Translations under genes and position numbers: made by a program
Source: Camelus ferus
Taxonomy: Eukaryota
Assembly: GCF_009834535.1 (NCBI RefSeq)
Contig: NC_045696.1
Coordinates: forward strand, 77,936,001 to 78,000,000
Direction of reading: 5' to 3'
DNA: 64,000 bases
Part shown: in pieces, positions 13,273 through 25,625 of the stretch
Numbering within the stretch: position 1 is the stretch's first letter
Layout of the letters: the number at the start of each line of letters is the position of its first letter
Notes under the pieces: model-generated
Told to the model about the DNA's origin: nothing
What the model saw: only the letters and a program-made list of their open reading frames with translations
Databases searched by the model: none

Positions 13273-13299
13273 AACTCAGCTATCTGGGATGTTTTAAAT
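13273..13299 (-). other. Candidate micro-exon, 27 nt
   Basis: aattatctcttgttag|ATTTAAAACATCCCAGATAGCTGAGTT|gtaagc. Only one frame is open (FKTSQIAE). Confidence 0.33.
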
Positions 13300-14030
13300 C
13301 TAACAAGAGATAATTTCCAAAGATACCCAATTTAAACAAATGTCCTTATCAAAATAGTATATGTACTTAGAAGCAAATGAAAAGAACAGTTGAGTTTATG
13401 ATGAAAAGTAATTGACTCCAGTCTCTTCTCTTGTACCCCAAACTCACTTCCCACAGGCACTTTAAGTGTGCCTCCTTTCAACGTTTCTAGTAATTACCTT
13501 CACAGCACTATTTATACTACCCATTCCCGTCTCATCTCAAAGCTTCCACTTTAACGGGTTCTTTAACTGGTTGTTTTCCTACTTTTAAATAATATCTGGC
13601 CCTTCACATTTCAGTAGTATCTCCTGAATCGTCCCTTTGAAAAGTAAGTTTTTTATTTTTAAAACTCTACAGTTTATGGTTTTACTCTTGTATTTTTCAT
13701 TTTCCCCAAAAGGATACGTTAACAAATATATAATCTGCTTATGTTCTAGTCTTTCTTCTACAAGTTTACATATTAATAAAATATGACTAAAAACAAGAAA
13801 AACACTTGCTCCCAAGTATACTGGTTAAAGCATATTCAATAGTTCATGCATTTTTACTTTAATAAATGAAAAATGCTGAACTAAATAAATTAATAAATTC
13901 ATAAGTCATCTGAAACAAGTTGGTAGTTTCTTGGGACAGGGAGGGTGAAATAAAGGTAAAACTTTTTTCTTGATTAAATAAAGCTAAATTATGCCTTGCT
14001 TTGTGATAGTTTTACTTTATACATTCCATT

Positions 14031-14070
14031 ACTTTATACATTTACTTTATACATTTACTTTATACATTCC
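14031..14070. repeat. Short tandem repeat, ~13-bp unit tttactttataca
   Basis: Near-identical tandem copies are directly visible here, with one more copy just upstream. Confidence 0.8.
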
Positions 14071-15934
14071 AAGTTATTTATAATAAATTCCACTTGAATT
14101 TAAATTTAACATAGTGAATTTTTCACATGCAAAATGAGTCAAAAATCTTAGTGAGATTCATCAACCTAAGAATTTATTGAGGCAAGTTATTCAAAGTAAT
14201 GGTTGCAAATATTTTTAGAAGTAAAAGTAGAAGATGCTTATAAATTAATGAATTTTATATAATTTTTGCAAGAAGTAGATAGGTATACAGTTCAATTCAC
14301 ATTTTTTCTTTCCTCCCTTCCTTTCTTCTCTTTTTTTTTAAACAGAGTAGAAAATAAAATCCCTAGTGGCTTTTGGAAATTTCATTAATTCAACTAAACA
14401 GCTTTGGGATTTATAAAATTTTGTATTTTTAATTAAATATCTAAGGTTGGTATCCAGAATACATAGAAGAGAACTTAGAATTCACGTGGAAAAAAGTATT
14501 TCATGTGTAACTAAATTATTTAAGAAAATAGAACATTAATATATACATTTTAAAGTAAGAAATTTAATGTAAACAAGATGGAAAACTAAGTTTTGATTGC
14601 TGAAGATACATGGGTATGCTGTAAATATCTATCAACAAAATCAGAAAACAAATGAACCTTGTTATAGTTTATGAATAAATCAACAACACTTCTATGAAAA
14701 CTCAACAATCCATTAAATTTTCCCAATTTTAAATTTTAATTTATTTGACTATTCTATATGATTAGTTTTTGCTGCCCAACATAAAGTTTCTATTGGTAAT
14801 TATTTCCTCAAAGCAAAAAAAAAAAAAAAAAAAAAAAAAGAGTAGAAGCACATTTTAGAATTTAATGAAGGCAACACAAGGCCATTATGGTGATGCTATT
14901 TTTTATATTCAAATAAATAAAGCAGTTCAATTCATTACCATAAGACAGTCACTATGATTCTGGAAGATTCTGTACAGTCTCAGTTTCTTTAATCTTTTAC
15001 AATCTATCAGAGTAAGTGCCAAGTATTACCTAGATCCTTTACTATTTCAAAGAAAGTTTCTCAAAATGGTCATCCCATAGCAGTTAGAATGCTATTCCTG
15101 TTTTGAGATTTAAACTATTATGTTAGTTTTTATACTTTGGAGGTTTCACGGCTGACTGCACAAAGTTGAGAAAAGAAGTCATATATTACATATTATTAAA
15201 TAATGTTCAACCATCAAATCACTAGCAAGTAAATTAAAATTCTTGACAGGCAACTGTTAAAAACAGCATCTTAGGATAGGAAGTTTCTAACACACCTTTT
15301 TTAGTTCCCCATTACAATGCTAGAGACTAATACTGATAGACAACCTAGGCTGGAAAGACGAGACCAATGGAGATTAATCATAAAATCAGTTGGAGGCTTA
15401 CTGTGGTTTACTGACAGAAAATAAACCCAATTGCCAATTTTATGTATTCAGCTTTAGAAATAAAATCTATCTTATCCAGAAACCATCACTCAATTGCATT
15501 TCTCTAAAGCAAGTAAGGTGGTTTTCTCACTTCCTTCCTCCTTACCAAGTAGCTCTTCCTCTAAATTTATTTGGAGAACACAATTCCTAGAAGACGCATG
15601 GATGAAAAGGAAGGGGAAATCATATTACATTATGGAAATACATTTTTAACTCAGTAAATATATAGGAAATATAAGAAAAATCATAGAAACAGTACATTCT
15701 GACGTTTATATTATAGAAGTACATATATAAAACAGAATGCTTTTCTTGGGATGAGAGTACATAAGCATGGTAGATGAGAATATAGGAAGATTCTATCGAA
15801 TCTGGTCTTTGGCAGGTATTCACTTCATAAATGCATGCAAATAAACAAAGAAATGTGTAAATAACCTCTAGTACCAAGAATAAACTGTAAGATAATGTTC
15901 CTCATAATATTCATGCTTAAAATCACTAACAAAA

Positions 15935-16085
15935 TATTAAAATAAGGATAATTATAGTATAGTAACTTACTTTATAGGGGTATTGGCAGATTACGTGAGA
16001 CAACGCTTCACAAATGATTTAGTAAAAATGCCTGAGAGCTCAAGTATACAGAAGGTGCTTAACAAAGACTCTTATCATTGTTAGT
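15935..16085 (+). mobile_element. MIR 3' fragment
   Basis: aaataaggataattatag...acttactttataggggtattgg.agattacgtgaga...aatgcctg. Confidence 0.65.
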
Positions 16086-16332
16086 TGCTATTTGTTCAAC
16101 AAAATATGTGTAAAGAAATTACTAAGGCAGTAGGATGAATAAATTTTAATGTATGCAAAATAAATTAGAAAGAAAATATTAACACATTTAATTATGCATA
16201 AGAAATTATCATGAAGTCCACAGAGGTTGTAAATAACATTAATAATTTATGGCAAAGTCTCATCTTTGCAAAAATGTTCTGTTATGTAAAACTGAAAATC
16301 GTCTCAGTAACGTAAAGCTTTGGCATACTTAC

Positions 16333-16367
16333 TCGTGATCAGGAGTGCTAGACTACTGTTGCATGTC
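16333..16367 (-). other. Candidate micro-exon, 35 nt
   Basis: aacttctttttattag|GACATGCAACAGTAGTCTAGCACTCCTGATCACGA|gtaagtat. Confidence 0.45.
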
Positions 16368-17282
16368 CTAATAAAAAGAAGTTCCATACAGTATACATGG
16401 CACCTCCTGTTTTCAATTTAAAATGTATTTCCTTGAACAAAATCACTTAATTTTTTTTACATTAAATGGTGAATAAGTCATGTAACAATAACTTGTCATA
16501 GAAATAAAATTACAAATCAAAGCACAGGAAATGATCGTACAACAAAGAAATCTCCAAGTTAATTTTATCTTTAAAAAGGTGCTTAAAGTTGCATTTTAAA
16601 TCCTGAAGAATACTACTTTATACTGCGAGGGCAGACATGTTGTACAAGGTTAAAATGAAGCAAAACGTGTGTAGCTGCAGCTGTGTGAGCTGCAGTAAAG
16701 TTAAGCCTCACAGGATAAAGCTGGATTCAGGTGACTGTGTAGATTGCCATCTCCAGTAATAACTTTTTTGAAAATCCATTTTCTATTTCAAGTCATCTAA
16801 TTTGCCTAGTGAAATTATAAAAGGCACAATAAAATTAAAATGTTTTCCTGGAAACACATTTCATTCAAATATAAATTTAGGTGATTAATTGCTATTCTCA
16901 GTAAATATGATGTTCCCAGAAATGTGTCTTGTCAGAGTAATTTATCCTTCGGCATGGATAGCAGTCAAGTGCGGATGGTCCCTGAGATATGAGACCATCC
17001 TCTACTTGGTTCCGATGTAGCTTGGAACGAAATTCCAGTTAGAAGTATAGCCTTAGATCTTCTCAGCATTTTACAGAAGCAGGGATAAAGGATTTTGCAT
17101 TGTACATTTCTCTAACTCATCATCTTTTATTTCTATTTTGAAGGCTTCATGACAGTTTGATAAGAACTTAAATCTAGTTCTGCCTTACATGTCCAGCCAC
17201 CAGCAGATGTGGTAGACTGCCCGTCAACATATACACTCTCTGACCACTACATCACTTGCTCTGGCTCTGCTCTTGTTTACAG

Positions 17283-17324
17283 GAAGACCTAGACTCACAC
17301 GGCTTTTTCAAATGATCTTTCCTG
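17283..17324 (+). other. Candidate 42-nt exon on + strand
   Basis: ctctgctcttgtttacag|GAAGACCTAG...CTTTCCTG|gtaagt. Both sites are near consensus. Confidence 0.35.
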
Positions 17325-17454
17325 GTAAGTTATAAGCACTCCATGTTTGGGAATACAGAGGAGGTGATGGTTATTTACTGATTGAGGGGCATTCTTCATT
17401 AGCAAATTATTAGAGTACGTAAGCAGGGTCAAAGACAGGAAGTGCATTTAAAGA

Positions 17455-17590
17455 AAATCTAATTTTGTTCACTGAAGAGCTGGGAGGCCCAACCACTGTC
17501 CAGAATCCCATAACCAGTTTCTGGCAGAGCTGGTGAGGACCAGAACCCAGCATGCTTGCTCCAAAGCCAGTTCTTTCCATTTTGACTGCA
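17455..17590 (-). mobile_element. MIR fragment
   Basis: ggcagagctgg...agaacccag...gctccaaagccagttctttcca. Confidence 0.55.
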
Positions 17591-18707
17591 TTGCGTTCAG
17601 GTATTGCCAGAGATGATTCACAGGTAACTGTGTGAGGAACTGTGGTTTTATAGACTTCAGACTGGGTCCCAGAAACCAAATTGAGGTATTTTAATTTATA
17701 CTGTCTACTCCTCAAAATGATTTGAGTTTATGACTAAATTCATGGTGATACAGAAGTATTACCAACAAGGCCAAGGATGTTGGCACTTGGTAGACAGTAG
17801 GCTCTTCTTTTGTCACTGCTATTCCCAAGACCTGAAAGAATTCTGGACCCATGTTTGACATGTTTGACACTTTAGAAATACTTGTTGCATAAACAAACAT
17901 GTGAACTTTAGAAATGAATGAACTTACAGGATAGCTTCCAAGTCTGGTTCAGCTCTAATTTTGGATAAGTTTGGGAATTCTGCATCATTAAATCTTTGTG
18001 GCAGACTATTTTTCTTAATTATGTCAATGATGTCTGATAACTTCTTTAAAAATTACTCTCCTTCACCAAATTCCATAAAAGTAAAATGAAAAGCTACATC
18101 TCTCTCATCATTAGTGATCTGAGTAGACATTTCTTACTTTATTTTTGTCAAAAAATACTCAAAAACTATCTATCTTCCTTCTTTTAACAATACTAGTGAC
18201 TCTCTGGAATTTTAGGGAAGACTACTGCCTAATAAAGAAAAATGGGAAATTAGGAAAAAAGTACATTTGGTCATCAATAAAATATTCATTTACCGATGAG
18301 TTATCTATTTCAGTACCAAAAGTTTTAATGTTGTTTTCTTTATTTGTCTGTTTGTTGGCATACTTACCTTGCACCCACTCAAAGGATTAAATGGATACCC
18401 ACACACTGGCCTCACCGAACATTTTGTGGCAACCAAATAAAAGCATCTCCTGGACTTTTACATAAACAAATAGTTCATTTGGCTCCAAGGGACAATTCTT
18501 TTCTACTGCACAGCTTGAAAAGAAAGACTCTGAGATGGTAAAAGGTCTAGCACAGGTCAGACAGGATGGACAGAGTCACGGAGTAGACACAGAAGAATGA
18601 GTGGAAACAAACAAACAAAAAAATAGGCAAAGAAAATCTCACAAAAACCACCTGAGGGAAGTAACTCACTTACACAAAGCTTTCTTTTATCCTACTTTCC
18701 CATTCAG

Positions 18708-18784
18708 TGCCAGGAGGACACACACACGTTCATGAGCCGTAACAAAACTAAAATTAAAGCTTAAGCCAGAAAACAGAGCATGTG
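18708..18784 (+). other. Candidate 77-nt non-coding exon on + strand
   Basis: ttttatcctactttcccattcag|TGCCAGG...GCATGTG|gtaagt. Stops in all three frames. Confidence 0.3.
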
Positions 18785-18960
18785 GTAAGTTTCTGTGAGT
18801 GTGAGCTCATTCATTTGTTCAATTCAAAACTGTTTATAAAGGATTTACAATTATCAGGCTTTTTGCTAGGTACTAGAGATAGAACTATGGCATTGCCACC
18901 TGTCAGAGAACTCAGAGACAAAGACAGTAAATCAACTATTTACAGCACAGAGTGGTGCTG

Positions 18961-19200
18961 TTTTTTATTTTTTATTTTTTTTAACTTTTAAATAAATGTT
19001 TATTTTCTTCCCTTTATAAATTACAAGAGTAAAACATTCAGCTAGTAGATGTAGTAGGGGTGACAGCTGGGGCCACCTGAGTTGAGGTGATTGGCGATGA
19101 TATTAAACACCACTCCTTTGTTCCTACCCACCCCCATGTTCTTGTACTGTAGATGTCAATTTTCATCTGCAATTTATGTGGGAGCTAAAAAGCCTTTCAC
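18961..19200 (-). other. Probable retroposed polyadenylated RNA 3' end inserted in an L2 remnant
   Basis: On the - strand: unique sequence, AATAAA (plus-strand tttatt 18999-19004), 16 nt, then an A-rich tail (18961-18982). 5' boundary and TSD unresolved. Confidence 0.5.
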
Positions 19201-19298
19201 TCAAAGAGGAACACAGGGTTCTGGAGAGTCAATTTATTCAGAGCTGAAGGAGGAGGGGGGAGCAACATGTGATGAAGCACTTCTAAGAAGATGCTCAA

Positions 19299-19362
19299 TT
19301 AAGCTGTACACCAGAAATTGGCACATTCTAACTGACTATACTTAATTGAAAAAGAAAAAAAA
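19299..19362 (+). mobile_element. 64-bp young L1 3' end with 14-bp TSD
   Basis: gctgtacaccagaaattggcacattctaactgactatactt plus A-tail. TSD aagaagatgctcaa at 19285-19298 and 19363-19376. Confidence 0.92.
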
Positions 19363-21889
19363 AAGAAGATGCTCAAAACCAATCCTAAAGAAGTGACCTT
19401 TGGCTGACATAAACTCAAGTGATGGTGGGAACAGCATGTTGGAAAGGCACTGAGGAGAGCAACAGGATGCCACTCTTGAGAACTATACATACTATGGCTG
19501 GAACAAATTATACAGACTTGTCTATATATAATTATGGACTATTATCATACAGATGAGGCCAGACGTAAGGAGGACTGCAATGAAAAGGACCTTGTATACT
19601 AACTTGAGAAGTTTGAGTCACTTTAGTAAGCAGTGGGAAGCCATTCGAAGACTGAAAACAGATCATTTACAATGATCCCTCCAAAAGCAGTTTCTCAAAA
19701 AGAACTGAAGACACAGACAAGAGGCAGGAAGAAATACAGGTCTGCATGGCTCAAAGAACTGCTCTGAGCAATCAGTTCATCTTTATGATGTATGCGTGAT
19801 TTACTTTCTTCAAAAGTAATCATCTGTCACATTAATTTTGTCAATTTGCTTTTTATTGGCCTTGTAGTTTTGTTTGTATCTAACATGTAAATTACACTTA
19901 GTTTTATATTTCCTGACTGGTTTCCATTTAGTGCCTCATATCACACACACACACTTATAAGTTAAAGATTAATTCTACCTGAAACTTTACATATATTAAG
20001 AAGATGCCATATATTTGTCATCAACATATTAACTACACTGAAACTAGCACCGTGATTATAAGGGACCAGAAAGTAAAGGATATAAATTAGGTAGGTTTGA
20101 ATGGGAAAGAGAAGTCACTCCATGATAAGCTCATCTCCTGCCACAAAATAAACCAGATTATCAAATGATGCTCCTTAAATACTCATGATTTTCTACTGGG
20201 CCTTTATGCCTACACTGCCAGGCGCTGTATCAAGAAATACTACGCCCTAAGAAAGTGCAACATATAATAGTGTAATCTAAGTTCAAACAGAACCAGTTGA
20301 ATCTCAGAATGAGATATATATAAAATGAGATACATGGATTCATATATATGCACGTGTACATACGTATATACATTTTAAAATATAAATCTTCTATGCAAAT
20401 CAATCTCTTTACCGTTAGGACTTCAAAAAATAAATCTAACATTTGAGACCAGATTTTTAAGAAGGAAGCACCCAGGCACTAAACGTCTCCGACTAGGGTA
20501 GGATTAGTTGGTCCACAATTTAAAATAAAATGCTTCATCTTTTCCATAGTATGTACAGATATTTAATATTCACACACTGGAGTAAGTGGATGTGGCTGCT
20601 TCTGGCCAGAGGTGACCACTGAGGATTTCTGGCATCTGTCTTAGGCTCCAAGTGACCCCTGAGTGCTGGGATATCAATAACTCCTATGTATATTTTGACC
20701 TACTGATGCATCTTGGTATCCCAGCTGAGAAGTTCTGCCTTATGCGATACTCAAGCGCTGAGAAAGGGGCCATGCCAGGAAGCTGTGCTTTTTCCAACTT
20801 GAGGAAAAGGATCAATTTGCTGCATACAAGCTGACTGGCTTGTCTTAACTCTGAGCTATAATATCGCACCTGCCTCTAGCAGATGAATCAAGCACTGAGA
20901 TGGCAGTAATTTTCCATTCAAATGCCAACTGCCTGATGGATAATGGCTACTTGGAGAACTTTGTTGAGAAACAGTCTAAGGCTTTGTGAAGACAGTGAGA
21001 AATAAGGCTGGACTGATTAATGACATCAACCATGGGTGCAACAGGAGAGACTAGCTTTATTAGCTGACCCAGACCATATGGTTGATTGAGTAACATATAC
21101 CCTGCAACGCTTTCTTTAAAACTATTTTATGAATTGAACCACAGGCTTTATACCCTGGGTTTGTTGTATGGTTTTGGTTACAATTAATTTAGATGACAAA
21201 CCTCCCTTAATCCTTTCTTGTAATTCTCTTTGTCTAACTCCATGCTTTCAATGTAGTTGCATCTTTTTGTTGATTTATCTCTTTCTATTGCTCAGATCAT
21301 CTCTAGCTAATTTTATTCCCATTTATCTTTTACTTTAAAGTAGAGATTAAGAAGCAACCTCAAAAGAGGACACAGGTGAATATAGCCTTGATCACAGAGG
21401 AAGCCGGATGTGTGTACTTCTCCTGTGAGCTCTGCACAGGAGTTTCTGCAGCACAAAAGAGATCTCAAGGCCATAGAACCCTGGGTTCCAGGCTCGTTAA
21501 CTCAGAAAAATTGATAGTAATACCTTGAAAATCACTCATGTGACTTAGGAGAAACAGATCAAATTATCCACTATGAAATATAGTTCAAGAATATTCTGGG
21601 AATAAAGCAGATTAATCATATTTTTTTTCTCTTGGCAAATTCACATATGTATCCTTTCAAGTATGTATCCCATACTGAGTCTATTCCCCTCTCACTTAAA
21701 TAAAGGGAATAATATTTCATTTGTTTAAAGATACGAAAAATCAGCCCTTTTCTCTTTCAAATTGAAATTAATTTTGCTTATAACATGCTTGGTGTCTGGA
21801 ACATACTAACTGATAGGCTGGAATACTTTCTCTTTAGAGATTTATCTCTTTTAATGCTGAATTAGCTGCTAGGGCATTACGATAAACTC

Positions 21890-22200
21890 GGAACAATAAA
21901 AAAGATGGATATACCAATAGGAAAATGGGCAAAGAAATGAACAATCTGTTCATAGAACAAGAAATATAAATGGCTAATAAGCAAACACTCCACCACGCTA
22001 GTCATCAAAGAAATGCATATTAAAATGAAACACCTTTGGAAATGTTTAAAATGATGCTGGAATTCAGGGAAGCAGGCCCTGTGCCACAGGGGTATAATCT
22101 TCCTGGAGTCTAATTTGACAAAATGTAGCAATACCTTTAAGTGTCAGATACCTCAACCCAGCAGTTCCTTTACTGAAGATGTACTCTAAGAAAACTTTCC
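21890..22200 (+). mobile_element. Old L1 ORF2 3' fragment
   Basis: ccaataggaaaatgggcaaagaaatgaaca...aaatggctaataagca...ctagtcatcaaagaaatgca. Confidence 0.85.
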
Positions 22201-22984
22201 ACAGAGGCCTTGCTTATAATTTTCTTAGCTGTCTCTTTAAAAGTAACTTTGCCTTAAAGCAGGAAATAGAGTTTGAAAACTTCACAACATGAACTATTCA
22301 GTGCTTTCCTCACATGAGCACTCCAGCTGAGAAGGGAAATTGGAGGATCGTAGAGGATGGAGCAATGAGCACTTGGAAAGATAGAAACAATAAAAGTAGC
22401 AGAAGTGTCATTAAAAATGAAAGTGCCCTGGACATCAATTTAACAGTCCTGCCGAGGATCAGGTCTGGAGCTGTCCTTTTACTCCTTTCTGTGTCACTAA
22501 CCTTAGTGTCTTTCTCTTGATCCATTACCAGGAACTCTAACTTGTGTGTGCCTCTGCTGCACAGAACAGAGGTCCTCACTGACATGGCTCTGTCTACATC
22601 ACTGTTAAACAAGTGTCAGTGGTCACACAGCTCCCCTTGCTCCAACTGAACACACTTCCTCACTTAAATATTTAACAAGACAAATTATAATTTTCTTTGT
22701 TTGTCTGGGAGGGTGGTAGCTTCAAGAACATCCAGTTTAACATTTTAATACTTCTGTGAGTGAGAAGCAAGACTAAAGAGATAAGCTGGCCTGACTGTGG
22801 ATACACAGCTGGTTGTTAGTAATACTGTGGGGATTTCGACCTGACCGTTTATGGAAGCTCTTAGCCAAATCCCCCACAAAGAACAAAAGCCCCCTAACCT
22901 TAATTATAAAGTTAATGCATTGCCCTTTTCTCATGGGATGTGAGATGGGAAACAGTAAACTGTGACCCTGGCCCCTATACTTAC

Positions 22985-23016
22985 ATAAGTTATGTGGAGA
23001 TATGTGTGCACATTGC
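22985..23016 (-). other. Candidate micro-exon, 32 nt
   Basis: tacactgactttgtag|GCAATGTGCACACATATCTCCACATAACTTAT|gtaagtat. Confidence 0.38.
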
Positions 23017-24768
23017 CTACAAAGTCAGTGTACATATTAAAGCAAATGGAACATGTAATACGACAGAATTCTCAAGAGAATTTCTCAATCCAGGAATTCT
23101 ACTTGCTTAGTGGTTTAATGCTGTCTTTAGAGAATAAGGAAGGGTTTTTCCCACCCACTGAATCTGCTTTCAACCAGGTAATGAAGTATGACTGGATGTC
23201 ACTACTGTTCAACATTTTTGTCTCTAGGAAAAATCAACAGGGTCAGAAATACACAGGTATCCCATGGAGCTGTGACCCCATCGTGACCTCCAAGACTGGG
23301 CTGTGGGAAAATCTCTCTATGGTAGCCATGTTCCACACTTCCCTATACACACCTTTCCAAAACAGAATTTACAGCTGTTTAGAAGTAGAGAACAACAATT
23401 TAGAAATGGAGCAGAGAAGAATAAAAGCATCTCACCGACAGAGGATTGAAACTAGGATGAACAATGGATATAGCTTAGCACTGTCTTGGTTAATGGAAGA
23501 ATAATACAGAATAATCTTTTGACTACGATCTATTTCTTTGTGTCCCAAAACTTACATCTCAGTGCTTCTTGACAGGAATTAAAACTAGACCTACTGTACT
23601 GGATTATTTACAACGTGCTTGGATCCGTAAGTTTAGAAGAATAATTCAAAACACAGTTAATTCAGGTTAAGCCTGGATCCCACTTGGAAGCCTGTTCTGA
23701 ATCTTGAGGGGGTCCACTCTGGCATCTTCATGTCATGTTTAACCTGAGGACCATCACAGACGTTCATCAGGACTCTGGGATTTTTTTCCCTTCTTGTTAT
23801 GCACAGACACACTCATATGAACCCTTCAGCATTCAAGGAGTTAAGGAAAGCAAGGATTGCAAGTTAGGTGGCCTGAATACAATAAAAATGCTAAACTGGA
23901 CAATTAGATCGTTGAGATTTCTCCTTCATGAACTATGACCGCTCTGTTAATGACACGGTGATATGAACCTGGCATGGGATGGCAAGGCATTATAGTATTT
24001 TTTAAAAACATGTGAGATGGGTCCCAAATGCAGTCACTAAGTGTAATCACAGGCCTGGAATTCTAGCTCCTCTAGAGCATGACAATAGTTGCTTTGGGAG
24101 TTAGAGCAAGGAAAACATGTCTGCGGTGATGCATGATTTCATCTACCTGGACGAGTAACTGTAGATCCCAAATTCATACTGAGGAAGTATTATCCAGAAG
24201 AAAAGAAGGGAATAAAACTTTAGTGATGTATTTCTCGAAAACAAAAAGCAGACAGGATTTATGCATGTGTCTTTGTGTGTGTGTTTTAATGCACTGAACA
24301 TTACTTATCAAATATTGGTCATATTAAAATCTTGGCATTTTTGTAGCAAGACTGCAATACCTAAGATATATGAATCCATTAAGAGAGTAAGAAATCAGAC
24401 TCTGAAATGCTTCTTAAATCGAAGTTCTGCAAATGGTATTATGAGGTATAATTTGGTATGCAAGAGGCAACTGTTTCAACCCAAAACTTTTCAAAATAAA
24501 AGAATTCATTATAAAATATTTATTTCAAATTTTCTTTTCTTGGTTGCCTGCAACCCAAGGGAATTAACTTCCAAAATGAAAGGCTTCCCTTATTTCCTAT
24601 CAAGGAGTAAAAAGTGAATCCCATTCACCCAATTTGGGGGAAGCTCAGGACACAGTGGTTTTTTTCCTTCTCAAGAGAGAATATTTCTGCATGTGACAAA
24701 GAGAAAAAGCAAGTATCAAAAGAAAAGCCAACTGGTCAATAAATGGTTAAATAGCTGAAGATACTAAC

Positions 24769-24791
24769 CTTTAGACTAAAGTCATAACTGG
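24769..24791 (-). other. Candidate micro-exon, 23 nt
   Basis: ttgactttattttatgcatttcag|CCAGTTATGACTTTAGTCTAAAG|gttagtat. Confidence 0.4.
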
Positions 24792-25064
24792 CTGAAATGC
24801 ATAAAATAAAGTCAAATGAATTTGGTAAATATGTATTGACCTTCTATTGTTTATCAGGCAATGGAGAAGGCCCAGGTTCGATAACTAAATAATATTAAAC
24901 TTTGGAAATAAATAGACGTCTTCATGTATCTGAGTTTAACTGAGTCTTCTCAAGATGTTAATGTTTTCATAACAGAAGAAAGAAAAAGACTACACAGATT
25001 TGAGAAACATTCAGAATAGATCAAAAGATAGAAAACCACTAAAGTAAATAGCTGTCACCAAAAT

Positions 25065-25625
25065 TATGCAATAATAATGAAATTACTGACATTTATTAAA
25101 AGTTGTGCTAGATACTAGGCTAAATGCTTTATATGATTTTTCTTTTAGTCCTTGTATTACCCTTTGAATAAGGTAATATGAAAAACATACTAGTACACAC
25201 AGAATATGTAGCACAGAGATTTTTAAATCAGTAATGAATGGATATATGACTCCCATTTAAAGAGTAGGAAACTGACTTCGTGGTCTTGCTTGGTCAAAGC
25301 CAGTCAGCTTGCAAGGGTTCAAGCTTTACTGTAGTGTGGTAAACACTGTGTTAGAAGCATACACATATTTGCTGGAGTACAGAGAAAGACTCCTCAATCT
25401 AAACTGAGCAGGAGGAGGAAGCGATTATGAAGATGAAACTTCATATTACTTCTTCCCAAATCAGGGAATCTGCACATTTATTATCTGTCATCTTCCCTAA
25501 TTAAACTGTCAGTCGCCTGAAGCCAGTAATATGTCTTAATCCATCTTTATTGTTCTAGTGCCTTGGGTCAATAATCTTGTACAGTGTAGGTAGTGGATAA
25601 GAGTTTGTTGACTGAATACATGATC
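25065..25625. mobile_element. MIR and L2 fragments
   Basis: tgtgctagatactaggctaaatgcttt (MIR-like) and ctgtcagtcgcctgaagccag...ctagtgcct...gtttgttgactgaat (L2 3' end). Confidence 0.55.

Noticed and set aside
22992..23504. Longest ORF in the track (170 aa, + strand)
   Set aside because: No recognisable domain or coding-like composition. One ORF of this length is plausible by chance in 64 kb across six frames.
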